Part shown: one piece after another, positions 10,305 to 18,813 of the stretch
Position numbering within the stretch: position 1 is the stretch's first letter
How the letters are laid out: each line of letters starts with the position of its first letter
DNA from: Planctomycetota bacterium
GTDB lineage: Bacteria > Planctomycetota > UBA1135 > UBA2386
Length of the DNA stretch: 64,000 nucleotides
Assembly: GCA_965223545.1 (NCBI GenBank)
Contig: OZ245006.1
Span: 5,344,001-5,408,000, forward strand
Reading direction: 5' to 3'
Program-made: the position numbers and the translations under genes
The notes under the pieces: generated by a model
The model's input: the letters and a program-made list of their open reading frames with translations, nothing else
Told to the model about the DNA's origin: nothing
The model's database searches: none

Positions 10305-11045
10305 ATGATCGACATCAAGCGACTCTCCCCCTTCTTCCTGACTCCCCTGGCGCTGTCTTGGGCGTTCCCCGCGCCGGAGACGCGTGGCACCGAGGTCCCC
10401 CTGGCGGACGCGGCCGTGTTCATCGAGTTCAACTCGACCGACGGCGACTTCGGCATCCAGTTCTTCTGGGACGGTGACCCGTGGGATCGGATGACGGTCG
10501 TCGATCCCAGCGGGAAGAACGCGCTCAAGGTCAAGATCAACCATGGCCTCCAACGGCAGGGGCTGACCGAGGGGTTCTTCGAGAGCGCGGAGCCACCCAC
10601 CTCGGTGCTGTCGATGGCGCAGTTCCTGCAGCGATTCCCCGAGGGGGACTACGACTTCGCCGGCGCCACACTTACCGGCGAGCGGCTCGTCGGCGAGGCG
10701 GAGTTCACGCACGTCATGCCGGCGCCTCCCGCCAACCTGAGTCCCGGCGAGGGTGCCGCAGTGTCAGCGACGGCGCCGTTGGTGCTGTCGTTCGATGCGG
10801 TGATCGCCGACCTGAACGGTGCGCCGCTACAGCCGGAGTACTACGAGGTCATCCTGCAGAACGAGGACTCCGGCCGCACCATGACGGTCGAACTCGACGG
10901 CGACGTTGCCAGCCCGATGGTGATCGTGCCTCCGGGCTTCGTCAGCGCAGGCACGGAGTACAAGTTCGAGGTGATCGTGGAGGAGGAGAGCGGCAATCGG
11001 ACCATCTCCGAGGTCGCGTTCACAACCGCTGCGAGCTCACCGTGA
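10305..11045 (+). CDS. Conserved hypothetical secreted protein
   Basis: AAGGAG RBS, N-terminal signal, acidic EFNSTDGDFGIQFFWDGDPW...FFESAEP motif, beta-rich C-terminus. Confidence 0.8.
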   Translation: MIDIKRLSPFFLTPLALSWAFPAPETRGTEVPLADAAVFIEFNSTDGDFGIQFFWDGDPWDRMTVVDPSGKNALKVKINHGLQRQGLTEGFFESAEPPTSVLSMAQFLQRFPEGDYDFAGATLTGERLVGEAEFTHVMPAPPANLSPGEGAAVSATAPLVLSFDAVIADLNGAPLQPEYYEVILQNEDSGRTMTVELDGDVASPMVIVPPGFVSAGTEYKFEVIVEEESGNRTISEVAFTTAASSP

Positions 11046-11566
11046 CCGGAGGTGCCCGAGCCGTGGTCGCACTCGCGGTCGCAATGCTCGTCGTCGGGGG
11101 TCTGCAAGTCAGTGCTGGGGGCAGCGAAGACGTGCCTACCGCTGTCGCTGGGGCGGGTCTCGCGCGGGGCGCGCCGACCGGATGGACCCCATCGGGGAGC
11201 GTGCCGTCACCTGCGCCACGGCAGATCGTGACGCGTCGCTCGCAAAGGGCGGTAGTCGTGGATCTGCCGGCTGCCCTTGGACGGGTGGTGCACGTGCGCG
11301 GCGTCGCCCGCCGCGGGGGCCTTCCCGCGACCCTGACCGAGATCTGCTTAGTGCCCGCGGGGGACGGTGGCGATGGGCTCCAGCGGAGTGCCGACTGGGA
11401 CCTGACCGACGCGCAGGGGCAGTACGACGTGAGGCTGCGACCTGGAGACTACATCCTGTGTGCCGAAGGGTCGGTCGACCGGCGACTGGTGTCGATCGAC
11501 GTGCCCCTCGTGGGCTCAGCGGATGGTGTCAGCCAGGACATCGATCTCAGCGCGGGCCGGCAGTGA
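11042..11566 (+). CDS. Membrane-anchored protein with a carboxypeptidase-regulatory-like beta-sandwich
   Basis: GTG overlaps the upstream stop (GTGA); hydrophobic N-terminus; TDAQGQYDVRLRPGDY motif. Confidence 0.6.
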   Translation: MTGGARAVVALAVAMLVVGGLQVSAGGSEDVPTAVAGAGLARGAPTGWTPSGSVPSPAPRQIVTRRSQRAVVVDLPAALGRVVHVRGVARRGGLPATLTEICLVPAGDGGDGLQRSADWDLTDAQGQYDVRLRPGDYILCAEGSVDRRLVSIDVPLVGSADGVSQDIDLSAGRQ

Positions 11567-12394
11567 AAGCTCGACGAGCACCGGATGGTGGTCCGAAGGA
11601 AACCGGCCCTCGATGCGACCGTTGTCGATGATGGCCGAGTGCAGCGCGAACCCTTCGGTGCACAGGATGTGGTCGATGCGCTTGCTTCCCTGTGAGTCGA
11701 AGCCGTTGAAGGTGCCCTCGCCCGATCGGTCGGGGTGCACCTCGCCATAGCAGTCGCGGAAGCCGGCGGCCTCGAGCGCGCGCAGCGGCGGCGCGGTTTC
11801 TGTTGCGTTGAAGTCGCCGAGCAGGATCAACGGCAGGGCGCGCTGTTCCGTCCACCGCTGCAGCAGGCGCGCGCTCTCGAGCCGCGCCCGCTCACCGCGG
11901 TGGTCGAAATGAACGTTGGCGACGACCAGGCGTGCACCGGAGCGGCGGTCGCGCACGCGTGCCCACGTACAGATGCGGGTCAGCGCAGCGTCCCAGCCCA
12001 CTGCCCCCGGGACCTCCCGGTCCGGCGCCAGCCAAAACGTGCCGTGTTCTTCGACCTTGAGGCGGTCCTTGCGCACGAACAGAGTGCACGCCTCGCCACC
12101 ACCGTCGGCATCCCGGCCGCGGCCGTGCGCGACGAACTCCGGCAGCGCAGCCTGCAGCTCACTGGCTTGGAACGGCAGGACCTCTTGTGTGCCGAGGATG
12201 TCCGGCGCGTGCCCGCGAATGCTCGCGATCACTCGCGCCCCACGCATCTGCCAGTGATCCTCCCCGTCGGCGGCAGTGCCGTAGCGGATGTTGAACGTCA
12301 TCACCCGCAGCCGCTCGCCCTCCTGCGCACACCCCGCCAACGCCAACAGAACGTACGGAGTCAGGCTCGATTTTCTCGCTACCGCGTTCCTCAT
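11516..12394 (-). CDS. Endonuclease/exonuclease/phosphatase (EEP) family lipoprotein
   Basis: RVMTFNIRY, GTQE, NVHFDH, LLGDFNA, RIDHI and PSDHHPV motifs; lipobox LAGC. Confidence 0.92.
   Translation of the reverse strand: MRNAVARKSSLTPYVLLALAGCAQEGERLRVMTFNIRYGTAADGEDHWQMRGARVIASIRGHAPDILGTQEVLPFQASELQAALPEFVAHGRGRDADGGGEACTLFVRKDRLKVEEHGTFWLAPDREVPGAVGWDAALTRICTWARVRDRRSGARLVVANVHFDHRGERARLESARLLQRWTEQRALPLILLGDFNATETAPPLRALEAAGFRDCYGEVHPDRSGEGTFNGFDSQGSKRIDHILCTEGFALHSAIIDNGRIEGRFPSDHHPVLVELSLPARAEIDVLADTIR
12353..12380 (+). repeat. REP-like repeat copy inside the 5' end of the EEP gene
   Basis: GTACGGAGTCAGGCTCGATTTTCTCGCT, identical to 49973-50000. Confidence 0.9.
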
Positions 12395-12417
12395 GCTGCA
12401 TCCAACCCCGGCGCTGC

Positions 12418-14397
12418 TTAGCGCACCCGCAGTGACCAAGTGTTCGACGTTCCCGCGACCCCGCCAGGTGCGCGAGTGTCGAGAACGACGCTTGCGGTGT
12501 GCAGAGCGATTCCGCGCAGGGCAGCAAGCGGTGGCACGGTCAACGCGGGCGAGGCGTTGCCGCCGCCGTCGAGGACCGCCACATAGCCCGACAGGATCGG
12601 AGACGTCGCCCCGAGAGTCGCCGCCAGCAAGGCGTCGGCATCGAGCCTCAGCAAATGCGGTCCCCATAGCAAGGGGCCGAGCCCGAGCGATGTCCCGGTG
12701 ATCGCGAGCTTGCCGGCATAGGCGCGTGCGTGGAGCGCGAAGCCGACCGGTGCACCCGGCGCCGGCGCGTCGCCGCCCTCGAGCCGCACGGCGCGGCGCA
12801 GCTCGAGCACGCTCAGGTAGCCGAACCCGGGGTTGCTGGTCCCGCTGCTCACCTCCAACGCCAACACTCCGCGAGCGTCGGGTTGAACGTCGGTGAAGGT
12901 CAACACCAGGTTGAGGTTGTGGGCGGCGTCGAGAGTCTGGGCGGCGAGAGTGCGCACCCCGCGGACGCCGTAGGTTCCCACTCGGGGGTAGGTCGTCGAC
13001 TCGCGCGTGCCGTGCACGATCAGGTCGTAGCGAGCGCTCGGGTCGAGACCGCGCAGCTCGAGCGTACCGCGAGGGTCATCATAGCCGGCGCCGCGCCCGA
13101 CCAAGAATCCGTCGCGCTGCGCGCGCACGTCGTAGAGCGATCCACTGATGTTGACCGCGCCGATGAACCCTCCGTTGGCGCCCCCTCCCGTCGCGCCGGC
13201 GAACGCGTCGACGACCGCCACCTCGATCCCCGTCGGTCGGTTCTCGGTGTCGCGCGCATCCCGCACGCGGCCCGCGGCCGGATCGGCAATCGTGTTGTAG
13301 TGCCGCCCGGCAACCGGCCGCTGCTCGGGACCGACGAGTGGACCGGCCAGGTCGGAGAAGTCGACCAGGACCGCGGATGGCGGAAGCTGTGGGGGTTGGG
13401 CGACCGGCGGCGCAGCCAGCACCTGGTCTGCCCAAGCTGTCAGCTGCGTGCTCTCCGCGCCGGTCACGCCGATCGCCGCGGCGACCGGCTGCAGAACGCC
13501 GCTCGCCGCCAAGCGCTGGGTATCGGCGTCGCCGTAGAGCGTGCCGTAGATGGTCAACGCCGTGAGCAAGTCGCCGCGGCTGCTGGCGTGATAGTGATCG
13601 GCGGCGTAGAGATTGCCGAAGCCACGCCCCCAGTCGGCCGCCTGCCACGCGTCCCCGACCGGCGCGATCAGGGCGCCGGCCGACGGTGCCCGCCGCTCGA
13701 TGAGTCGCTGGGCCTCGTCGTAGCTGCTCCGCACTTCCTCGGCCATCGCGGCCGGACCCGCGAACAGAGGGCCAAGCGTCCAGTTGGCGACCCCGATGGC
13801 GATGTTGTGGCCCGCCGTGTGCGGCGAAGACACGTCGTAGAACCAGTGGTCGGGTTGCCGCGCCCACGCTTGGTAGAGCACCGGCACGACGCCGGGATGT
13901 TTGGATGTGTGGTTGGTCGCGCCGTCGCGCACCTCGTCGAACAACCGCCACGAGTTCTCTTGGTGCAGCCGCGGATTCCCGGTGTATGGGTGCTGCGTCG
14001 AACGCGTGCTGAAGCCCTGCAGGACGACGTAGTCCCAGCTCTCGCCCTCCAGCGCGGGCTCGTCGATGTGCCCCAGCGAAGCCGCGTTCGCCGACAGGTG
14101 GTGGTCGAGGCCGCGATTGAGGTGATAGACGTTCTTGACGAACGGTGCCGGGTGACCTGCGGCGATGGCGATCTGACGCACCAGCTCCGGAACGCCGCGC
14201 GCGCCGCCCCAAGCCGGCGAGTGCACCGCCGGGTTGGACGAGCTGATGGTGTAGCTGTTGCCGAAGAAGAGGACGTTGATGCCCGCGGTGGACGCCGCGG
14301 ATTGCGGCGAGACGAAGGCACCTGGGTTGACGACCTGAGCGGTCACATCGAGCGTTGGCCAGACGGCAGCCGCCAGCCAGAGGGCATGCACGCGCAC
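12418..14397 (-). CDS. Secreted SGNH-like (DUF4886-type) hydrolase with beta-rich module and conserved C-terminal domain
   Basis: Signal ending VTAQ; VLFFGNSYT, WDYVVLQ, APVGDAW and DHYH (DxxH) motifs. Confidence 0.8.
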   Translation of the reverse strand: MRVHALWLAAAVWPTLDVTAQVVNPGAFVSPQSAASTAGINVLFFGNSYTISSSNPAVHSPAWGGARGVPELVRQIAIAAGHPAPFVKNVYHLNRGLDHHLSANAASLGHIDEPALEGESWDYVVLQGFSTRSTQHPYTGNPRLHQENSWRLFDEVRDGATNHTSKHPGVVPVLYQAWARQPDHWFYDVSSPHTAGHNIAIGVANWTLGPLFAGPAAMAEEVRSSYDEAQRLIERRAPSAGALIAPVGDAWQAADWGRGFGNLYAADHYHASSRGDLLTALTIYGTLYGDADTQRLAASGVLQPVAAAIGVTGAESTQLTAWADQVLAAPPVAQPPQLPPSAVLVDFSDLAGPLVGPEQRPVAGRHYNTIADPAAGRVRDARDTENRPTGIEVAVVDAFAGATGGGANGGFIGAVNISGSLYDVRAQRDGFLVGRGAGYDDPRGTLELRGLDPSARYDLIVHGTRESTTYPRVGTYGVRGVRTLAAQTLDAAHNLNLVLTFTDVQPDARGVLALEVSSGTSNPGFGYLSVLELRRAVRLEGGDAPAPGAPVGFALHARAYAGKLAITGTSLGLGPLLWGPHLLRLDADALLAATLGATSPILSGYVAVLDGGGNASPALTVPPLAALRGIALHTASVVLDTRAPGGVAGTSNTWSLRVR

Positions 14398-14451
14398 GGG
14401 ACCTCCTCGAGGGTGGAGTGAGCTGCCGCCAACTTACACCCTGCGCGGCTG

Positions 14452-16149
14452 CTACGGGGGCGTCAGCTCCATCAGGTCCCAGTCCGGCGTGTAGACCTCG
14501 TTCAGCTCCTCACGCAGTGCCGAAAGCACGAGCCGGCCGAACTCGCGGCGCAGCGGCCGGAGGAACTCGGCGCCGGTGCCGTCGTCGATCGCGGTCTGGA
14601 ACTCGGACGGAGCCTCGGGCAGCAGCTCGCGCCAGCGTGTGTGGAACGCCTTGCGCTCCGCCGCGTTGTACGTCCGCTGCGGCTTGACCGGCTGCTGTGC
14701 GAAGCCGAAGTGATCCTCTTTGACCGGGTTGTGCTCCGGCTTGTAGGAGCAGACCTTGTAGCCCCCCTCCGGCGGTTTCACCTTGCGATAGCAGTGCGCG
14801 AACATCTCGTTGGCCGCGGCGGACATCAGCGCGAACCGCAGCCAGAACGTGTAGCCACCGGGTGGCACGAAGTCGTGCTCCGGATCGGCGAGCAGCAGCG
14901 CCAGCTCGGTGAAGCAAAACGCGTTGACCCCGTTCGGCCCGCCGTAGCAGTGGAACGCCGTCGCCTGGCCCGAGCCGAACATGCCGAACCAGTCGCGCAG
15001 CTTTCCCCGCGCGGACGTGGTCGAGCCGGTGAGTAGCCAGGTATGCATTCCGCGTCCGATCTGGCGCACGGCGTCGTCGACTCCCAGCCCGACGAGGTCC
15101 AGCGGCTTCGTGTCCTCGAGCGCGTTGACGGCGGGGCCGTCGCGTCCCTTGTCCTTGGCGTCTTTCCAGCCATCGTCGTAGGCGATTGCGCGTCGCCAAT
15201 ACTGGCGGCTGACGACCACCGCGACGTTGCGAAACGCGGGCCGATCACTGGCCGGCACCAGCTCTTCGAGCGAGTTTTCGTCGACCGTGAGGAGCAGACG
15301 GTGTGCACGCCGGTGCCGCTCACCCTTGCCGGACCGGCTCGCCCACCGGTCGCGCAACGCCACGATGTCCTTGGCGGTGATCTTGCCAAAGTGGCGAATG
15401 AGGGCACCTCTGTCCCGCCACTGAAACCAGTACGGCATGCGGACGTAATGGGGATCGTCCGCGTCGAACTCCCGGCTGTCTGGAGAACGCAGAAGGAAGC
15501 TCCGCGATGCCACGTGCGGTGGGTCGCCGGTGAAGTCAACCTCCAACTGGACGATCGCTGGCAGCGGATCAGTGGGGCGCAGGATGACCACATTGCTCTG
15601 GTTGATTCCAGAAGAGATGGGTATCCCGTCCAGTGATCGCACGTCGATTATCGAAGTCCGCGTTGGGCTGAACGCGATCGCGATCCCCTCGATCTCCGCT
15701 TCCTGGGGGAACCCCTCCGTCTTGGCGGTGCTGATCGCGTAGACGCAAGTGGTCGCGCAGCGAATCGAGATCCAACACTCGCAGTCCTCGTCGCCGCTCG
15801 CCGGCCACGAATAGCCGTCACCGTCTCGCCAGTGGCCCACCTCCCCGGTCGAGTCGACCGACTTCGATTGCGTCAGCGTGAACGACAAGTCTCCGACAAC
15901 CAGAACCTTGTCGGCTGGCGACCACGTGACGTCCGAACTGTCCAGCAGGGCCACCGCCGACGCGACGAGGTCGCCAAAACGGTCGGGTAGTTGGTCGCGG
16001 TTGCGCTGGTCGCAATACTCCGCGATCGTCGCTTCCGGTAGACCGCCGATGACTTCGTTGATCTTCTCGATCAAGTCCTCCAGCAGCGGCCGATCCGCGC
16101 ACGTGGCGGAATCACAAGTGTCGGTCACGATTTCGGCGATGAGGGTCAT
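14452..16149 (-). CDS. Hypothetical protein, no recognisable domain
   Basis: 565-codon ORF with GGAG RBS before ATG 16149; fills the gap between codirectional genes. Confidence 0.75.
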   Translation of the reverse strand: MTLIAEIVTDTCDSATCADRPLLEDLIEKINEVIGGLPEATIAEYCDQRNRDQLPDRFGDLVASAVALLDSSDVTWSPADKVLVVGDLSFTLTQSKSVDSTGEVGHWRDGDGYSWPASGDEDCECWISIRCATTCVYAISTAKTEGFPQEAEIEGIAIAFSPTRTSIIDVRSLDGIPISSGINQSNVVILRPTDPLPAIVQLEVDFTGDPPHVASRSFLLRSPDSREFDADDPHYVRMPYWFQWRDRGALIRHFGKITAKDIVALRDRWASRSGKGERHRRAHRLLLTVDENSLEELVPASDRPAFRNVAVVVSRQYWRRAIAYDDGWKDAKDKGRDGPAVNALEDTKPLDLVGLGVDDAVRQIGRGMHTWLLTGSTTSARGKLRDWFGMFGSGQATAFHCYGGPNGVNAFCFTELALLLADPEHDFVPPGGYTFWLRFALMSAAANEMFAHCYRKVKPPEGGYKVCSYKPEHNPVKEDHFGFAQQPVKPQRTYNAAERKAFHTRWRELLPEAPSEFQTAIDDGTGAEFLRPLRREFGRLVLSALREELNEVYTPDWDLMELTPP

Positions 16150-16173
16150 GGTTTCACTCTCCGTAGCGAACAA

Positions 16174-18657
16174 CTATTCAAAGCTCGAGCGCGCGCACCG
16201 GAACCCGACGCCCGTCGGTCGGAACGCCGGTCCGATGCGCATGCTCTGCAAGTGGCTGAGATTCTCTTCTCGATCTCGAACGGTCCAGTCGCCGCCCGCC
16301 ACCAGGCGCGCGGCGAGGCTGCGCACCTCGCCGCTGTCGGGCTTGCCGCTGGGGGTCTCGGTCCACTCGGCGACGTTTCCCAGCATGTGGTGCAGCCGCG
16401 CCGGGCCGCTGGTCATCAGCTCGGGATGGCTGCGGACCGGCAGCGTGTGGGCGAGGTAGTCATCCACCGCTTCGCCGAGGGTCTCGGGCATGGGATCGCG
16501 GTAGCCCGGCGGCACCCACGGAAACGTGCGCCGCTCGTTGCCGTTGCGGGCCACCCAGCACCACTCGCCAATCGTCGGGAGGCGCGCACCGCGCCATTCT
16601 GCGTAGGCCCGCGCCTGCTCCCAGCTGATGCCGGCGACGGGCAGCTGATCTCCGGCGCTGCCGGCACTGATCCGCGACCAGTACTCGGGCTGCTCCCCGT
16701 CCGGGTTCTCGGCGAGATACGCCCGATAGTCGGCATTGCTCACCTCGGCTTCGTCGATGAAGAAGTCGGCGACGGCGTAGTCGGTGACCGGCACGTCGGT
16801 CAGCGAACGTGTCGGGTCGAGGTCGAAGCGGCCGCCCGCGACGCGCACCATGCCGTCGAGCAGCCGGGCCGCGTCGGGCAACGGCTGGCGGATCGCGTGC
16901 CGCGTGAGCGGCAGTAGGTTGCGCGTGAACTCGTGGTGCACTCCGCCAGTGGTCGTCACCACGATGCGCGCGTAGCCGGGGGCCACCGGAGTGTCGCCGA
17001 GCGGCAGCGCGCCCACCGCTCGCGCAGGCCCGGGCTCGTTGGTGACGGGATCGATGTAGCGGATCGAAACCTGACCGCCGACGGCGGCGCCGGCATCGGT
17101 CAACGCGACCGTCACCCTGGGGTCGAGGTCTTCGAGGACGATGTCGCGGTCCGCATCGGACAGGATCGAGGCGGTCCGCACTCGCAGCCGCATGGCTTCG
17201 ACCACTGCGCCGAGATCGAGGTCTTGGCGCAGCTCGCTGTTGCCGAGCCGCTGTGCGCCGGCCAGGGTTTGGCGGATGCGCTCGTCGGCCCCCGTCGCGT
17301 ATGCCTCGATCTTGTCTCGCACTTGAACCGCGAGTGCGCGGTGTCGGCGCGGCAGGTCCCGTTGTGCGGCGCGCAGGGCCCGCACCAGGGTGACTGTGTC
17401 GAACGTGTCGAGCTCCTCCGCGGCCGCGACCCGCTGCAACAGGTCGACCGTGCGCCGCACATCCTCTGCCGCCGCCGCCCGTTCCTTGAAGAAGACCGTG
17501 GCGAGCATGGTCAGGACGACCAGGGCAGCGGTGGTCACCGCGACGCGATGTCTGGCCACCCACGCGGCAGCGCGCTGGCGCCAGCTCGGCAAGCGCGCGA
17601 GCACGGCCTCGTGGCGCAGAAAGCGCGAAAGGTCGGCGGCAAACTCGCCGGCGGTGGCGTAGCGATCGGCGGGTCGCGCGCTCATCGCCTTGCGGCAAAC
17701 CGCGGCCAGGTCGCGCGGAACGGCCCCGTTGCGCGTGCGCAAATCCGGTGGGTTGCCCTCGCGGATCTTGCTCAGCACGTCGACCGACGTCGCGCCGTCG
17801 TACGGCCGGGTCGCGGTCAACATCTCGTAGAGCACGACTCCCGCGGAGTAGAGGTCGGTGCGGTGGTCGACCGGATGCTGGACCAGCCGCGCCTGTTCCG
17901 GGCTCATGTACGGCAGCGAGCCCATGAGCTCGCCGGTCCGCGTCATCGTGCCCATGCTCGAGTCCCGGGCGATGCCAAAGTCCACCAGGAGGGCGCGGCC
18001 GTTGGGCTGGACCAGGATGTTGCTCGGCTTGACGTCTCGATGCACGACGCCGTGCTCGTGCGCATGGCCGAGGGCCTCGACGACCTCGGCCAGGATGCGT
18101 GCCGCGGCGGTCACGTGCCCCGGCGTCCCGGGGCGCGGGACGACGTCGTCGTGCGCATGCATGCCGCGCATCCGCCGCGCCAGGTCGCGGCCGGCGATGA
18201 GGTCCATGGCGAACCAGTGCGTCGAGCCCTCCACCCCCTCGGCCAACACACGCACGATTCCCGGATGTGACAGGCGTGCCACTGCCCGGGCTTCGCGGTG
18301 GAAGCGCTCGAGCACTGTCGCCGGCGTCAGCACGCTCTCGGTCATCAGCTTGACCGCGACTTCGCGGTCGAGCGACAGCTGGCGCGCCCGGAAAACGATG
18401 CCCATTCCGCCGCGCCCGATCTCGTCGCCGAGGAGGAAGTCGCCGAGTCGCATGCCGGGGGCGATCGGCTCTTGGCTCACCGGTTGCAGGAAGCTGCTGC
18501 CGGCGCGCGCATCGGATGCGAGGAGCTGTTCGACTTCTCGCTGCAGCTCGTGATCGTCGCCGCAGGCCTCGCGCAACGCGGCCAGCCGTTCCGCCGGCGA
18601 CAGCCCCACGACGCGGTTGAAGACCGCACGTACTCGTTGCCAGTCGGGACGGGTCAC
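16174..18657 (-). CDS. Hanks-type Ser/Thr protein kinase with TM segment and C-terminal FGE-sulfatase-like domain
   Basis: IGRGGMG, VAVK, HRDVKPSN, DFGIA, YMSPEQ motifs; C-terminal EVSNADY, RLPTIGEW, MLGNVAEW, GFRCAR. Start GTG 18657 inferred from the DWQRVRAVF leader. Confidence 0.95.
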   Translation of the reverse strand: MTRPDWQRVRAVFNRVVGLSPAERLAALREACGDDHELQREVEQLLASDARAGSSFLQPVSQEPIAPGMRLGDFLLGDEIGRGGMGIVFRARQLSLDREVAVKLMTESVLTPATVLERFHREARAVARLSHPGIVRVLAEGVEGSTHWFAMDLIAGRDLARRMRGMHAHDDVVPRPGTPGHVTAAARILAEVVEALGHAHEHGVVHRDVKPSNILVQPNGRALLVDFGIARDSSMGTMTRTGELMGSLPYMSPEQARLVQHPVDHRTDLYSAGVVLYEMLTATRPYDGATSVDVLSKIREGNPPDLRTRNGAVPRDLAAVCRKAMSARPADRYATAGEFAADLSRFLRHEAVLARLPSWRQRAAAWVARHRVAVTTAALVVLTMLATVFFKERAAAAEDVRRTVDLLQRVAAAEELDTFDTVTLVRALRAAQRDLPRRHRALAVQVRDKIEAYATGADERIRQTLAGAQRLGNSELRQDLDLGAVVEAMRLRVRTASILSDADRDIVLEDLDPRVTVALTDAGAAVGGQVSIRYIDPVTNEPGPARAVGALPLGDTPVAPGYARIVVTTTGGVHHEFTRNLLPLTRHAIRQPLPDAARLLDGMVRVAGGRFDLDPTRSLTDVPVTDYAVADFFIDEAEVSNADYRAYLAENPDGEQPEYWSRISAGSAGDQLPVAGISWEQARAYAEWRGARLPTIGEWCWVARNGNERRTFPWVPPGYRDPMPETLGEAVDDYLAHTLPVRSHPELMTSGPARLHHMLGNVAEWTETPSGKPDSGEVRSLAARLVAGGDWTVRDREENLSHLQSMRIGPAFRPTGVGFRCARSSFE

Positions 18658-18813
18658 TTTGCGCGGCGTTGGATCTTGGCGGATGCACGGCGGCGTGCCA
18701 AACGCCGCTCTTGGCAGTGAACCCCCGAGCGGCGACGAGGCCGCAATGATTTTGCACGATGTTGTCGCGGTCCAACGGCACCTGCGTTGCACCGCAAAGG
18801 GAAGCCGCGCGGG

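Noticed and set aside
16174..16860. Kinase FGE domain as an active formylglycine-generating enzyme for the nearby sulfatase-like gene
   Set aside because: The catalytic Cys pair after the RGGS-equivalent (here VAGGDW) is absent, and the sulfatase-like protein has no Cys target.
18683..18700. Sigma-54-like promoter TGGCACG...TGCA upstream of the kinase (minus strand)
   Set aside because: GG-to-GC spacing is one base longer than the strict -24/-12 requirement.
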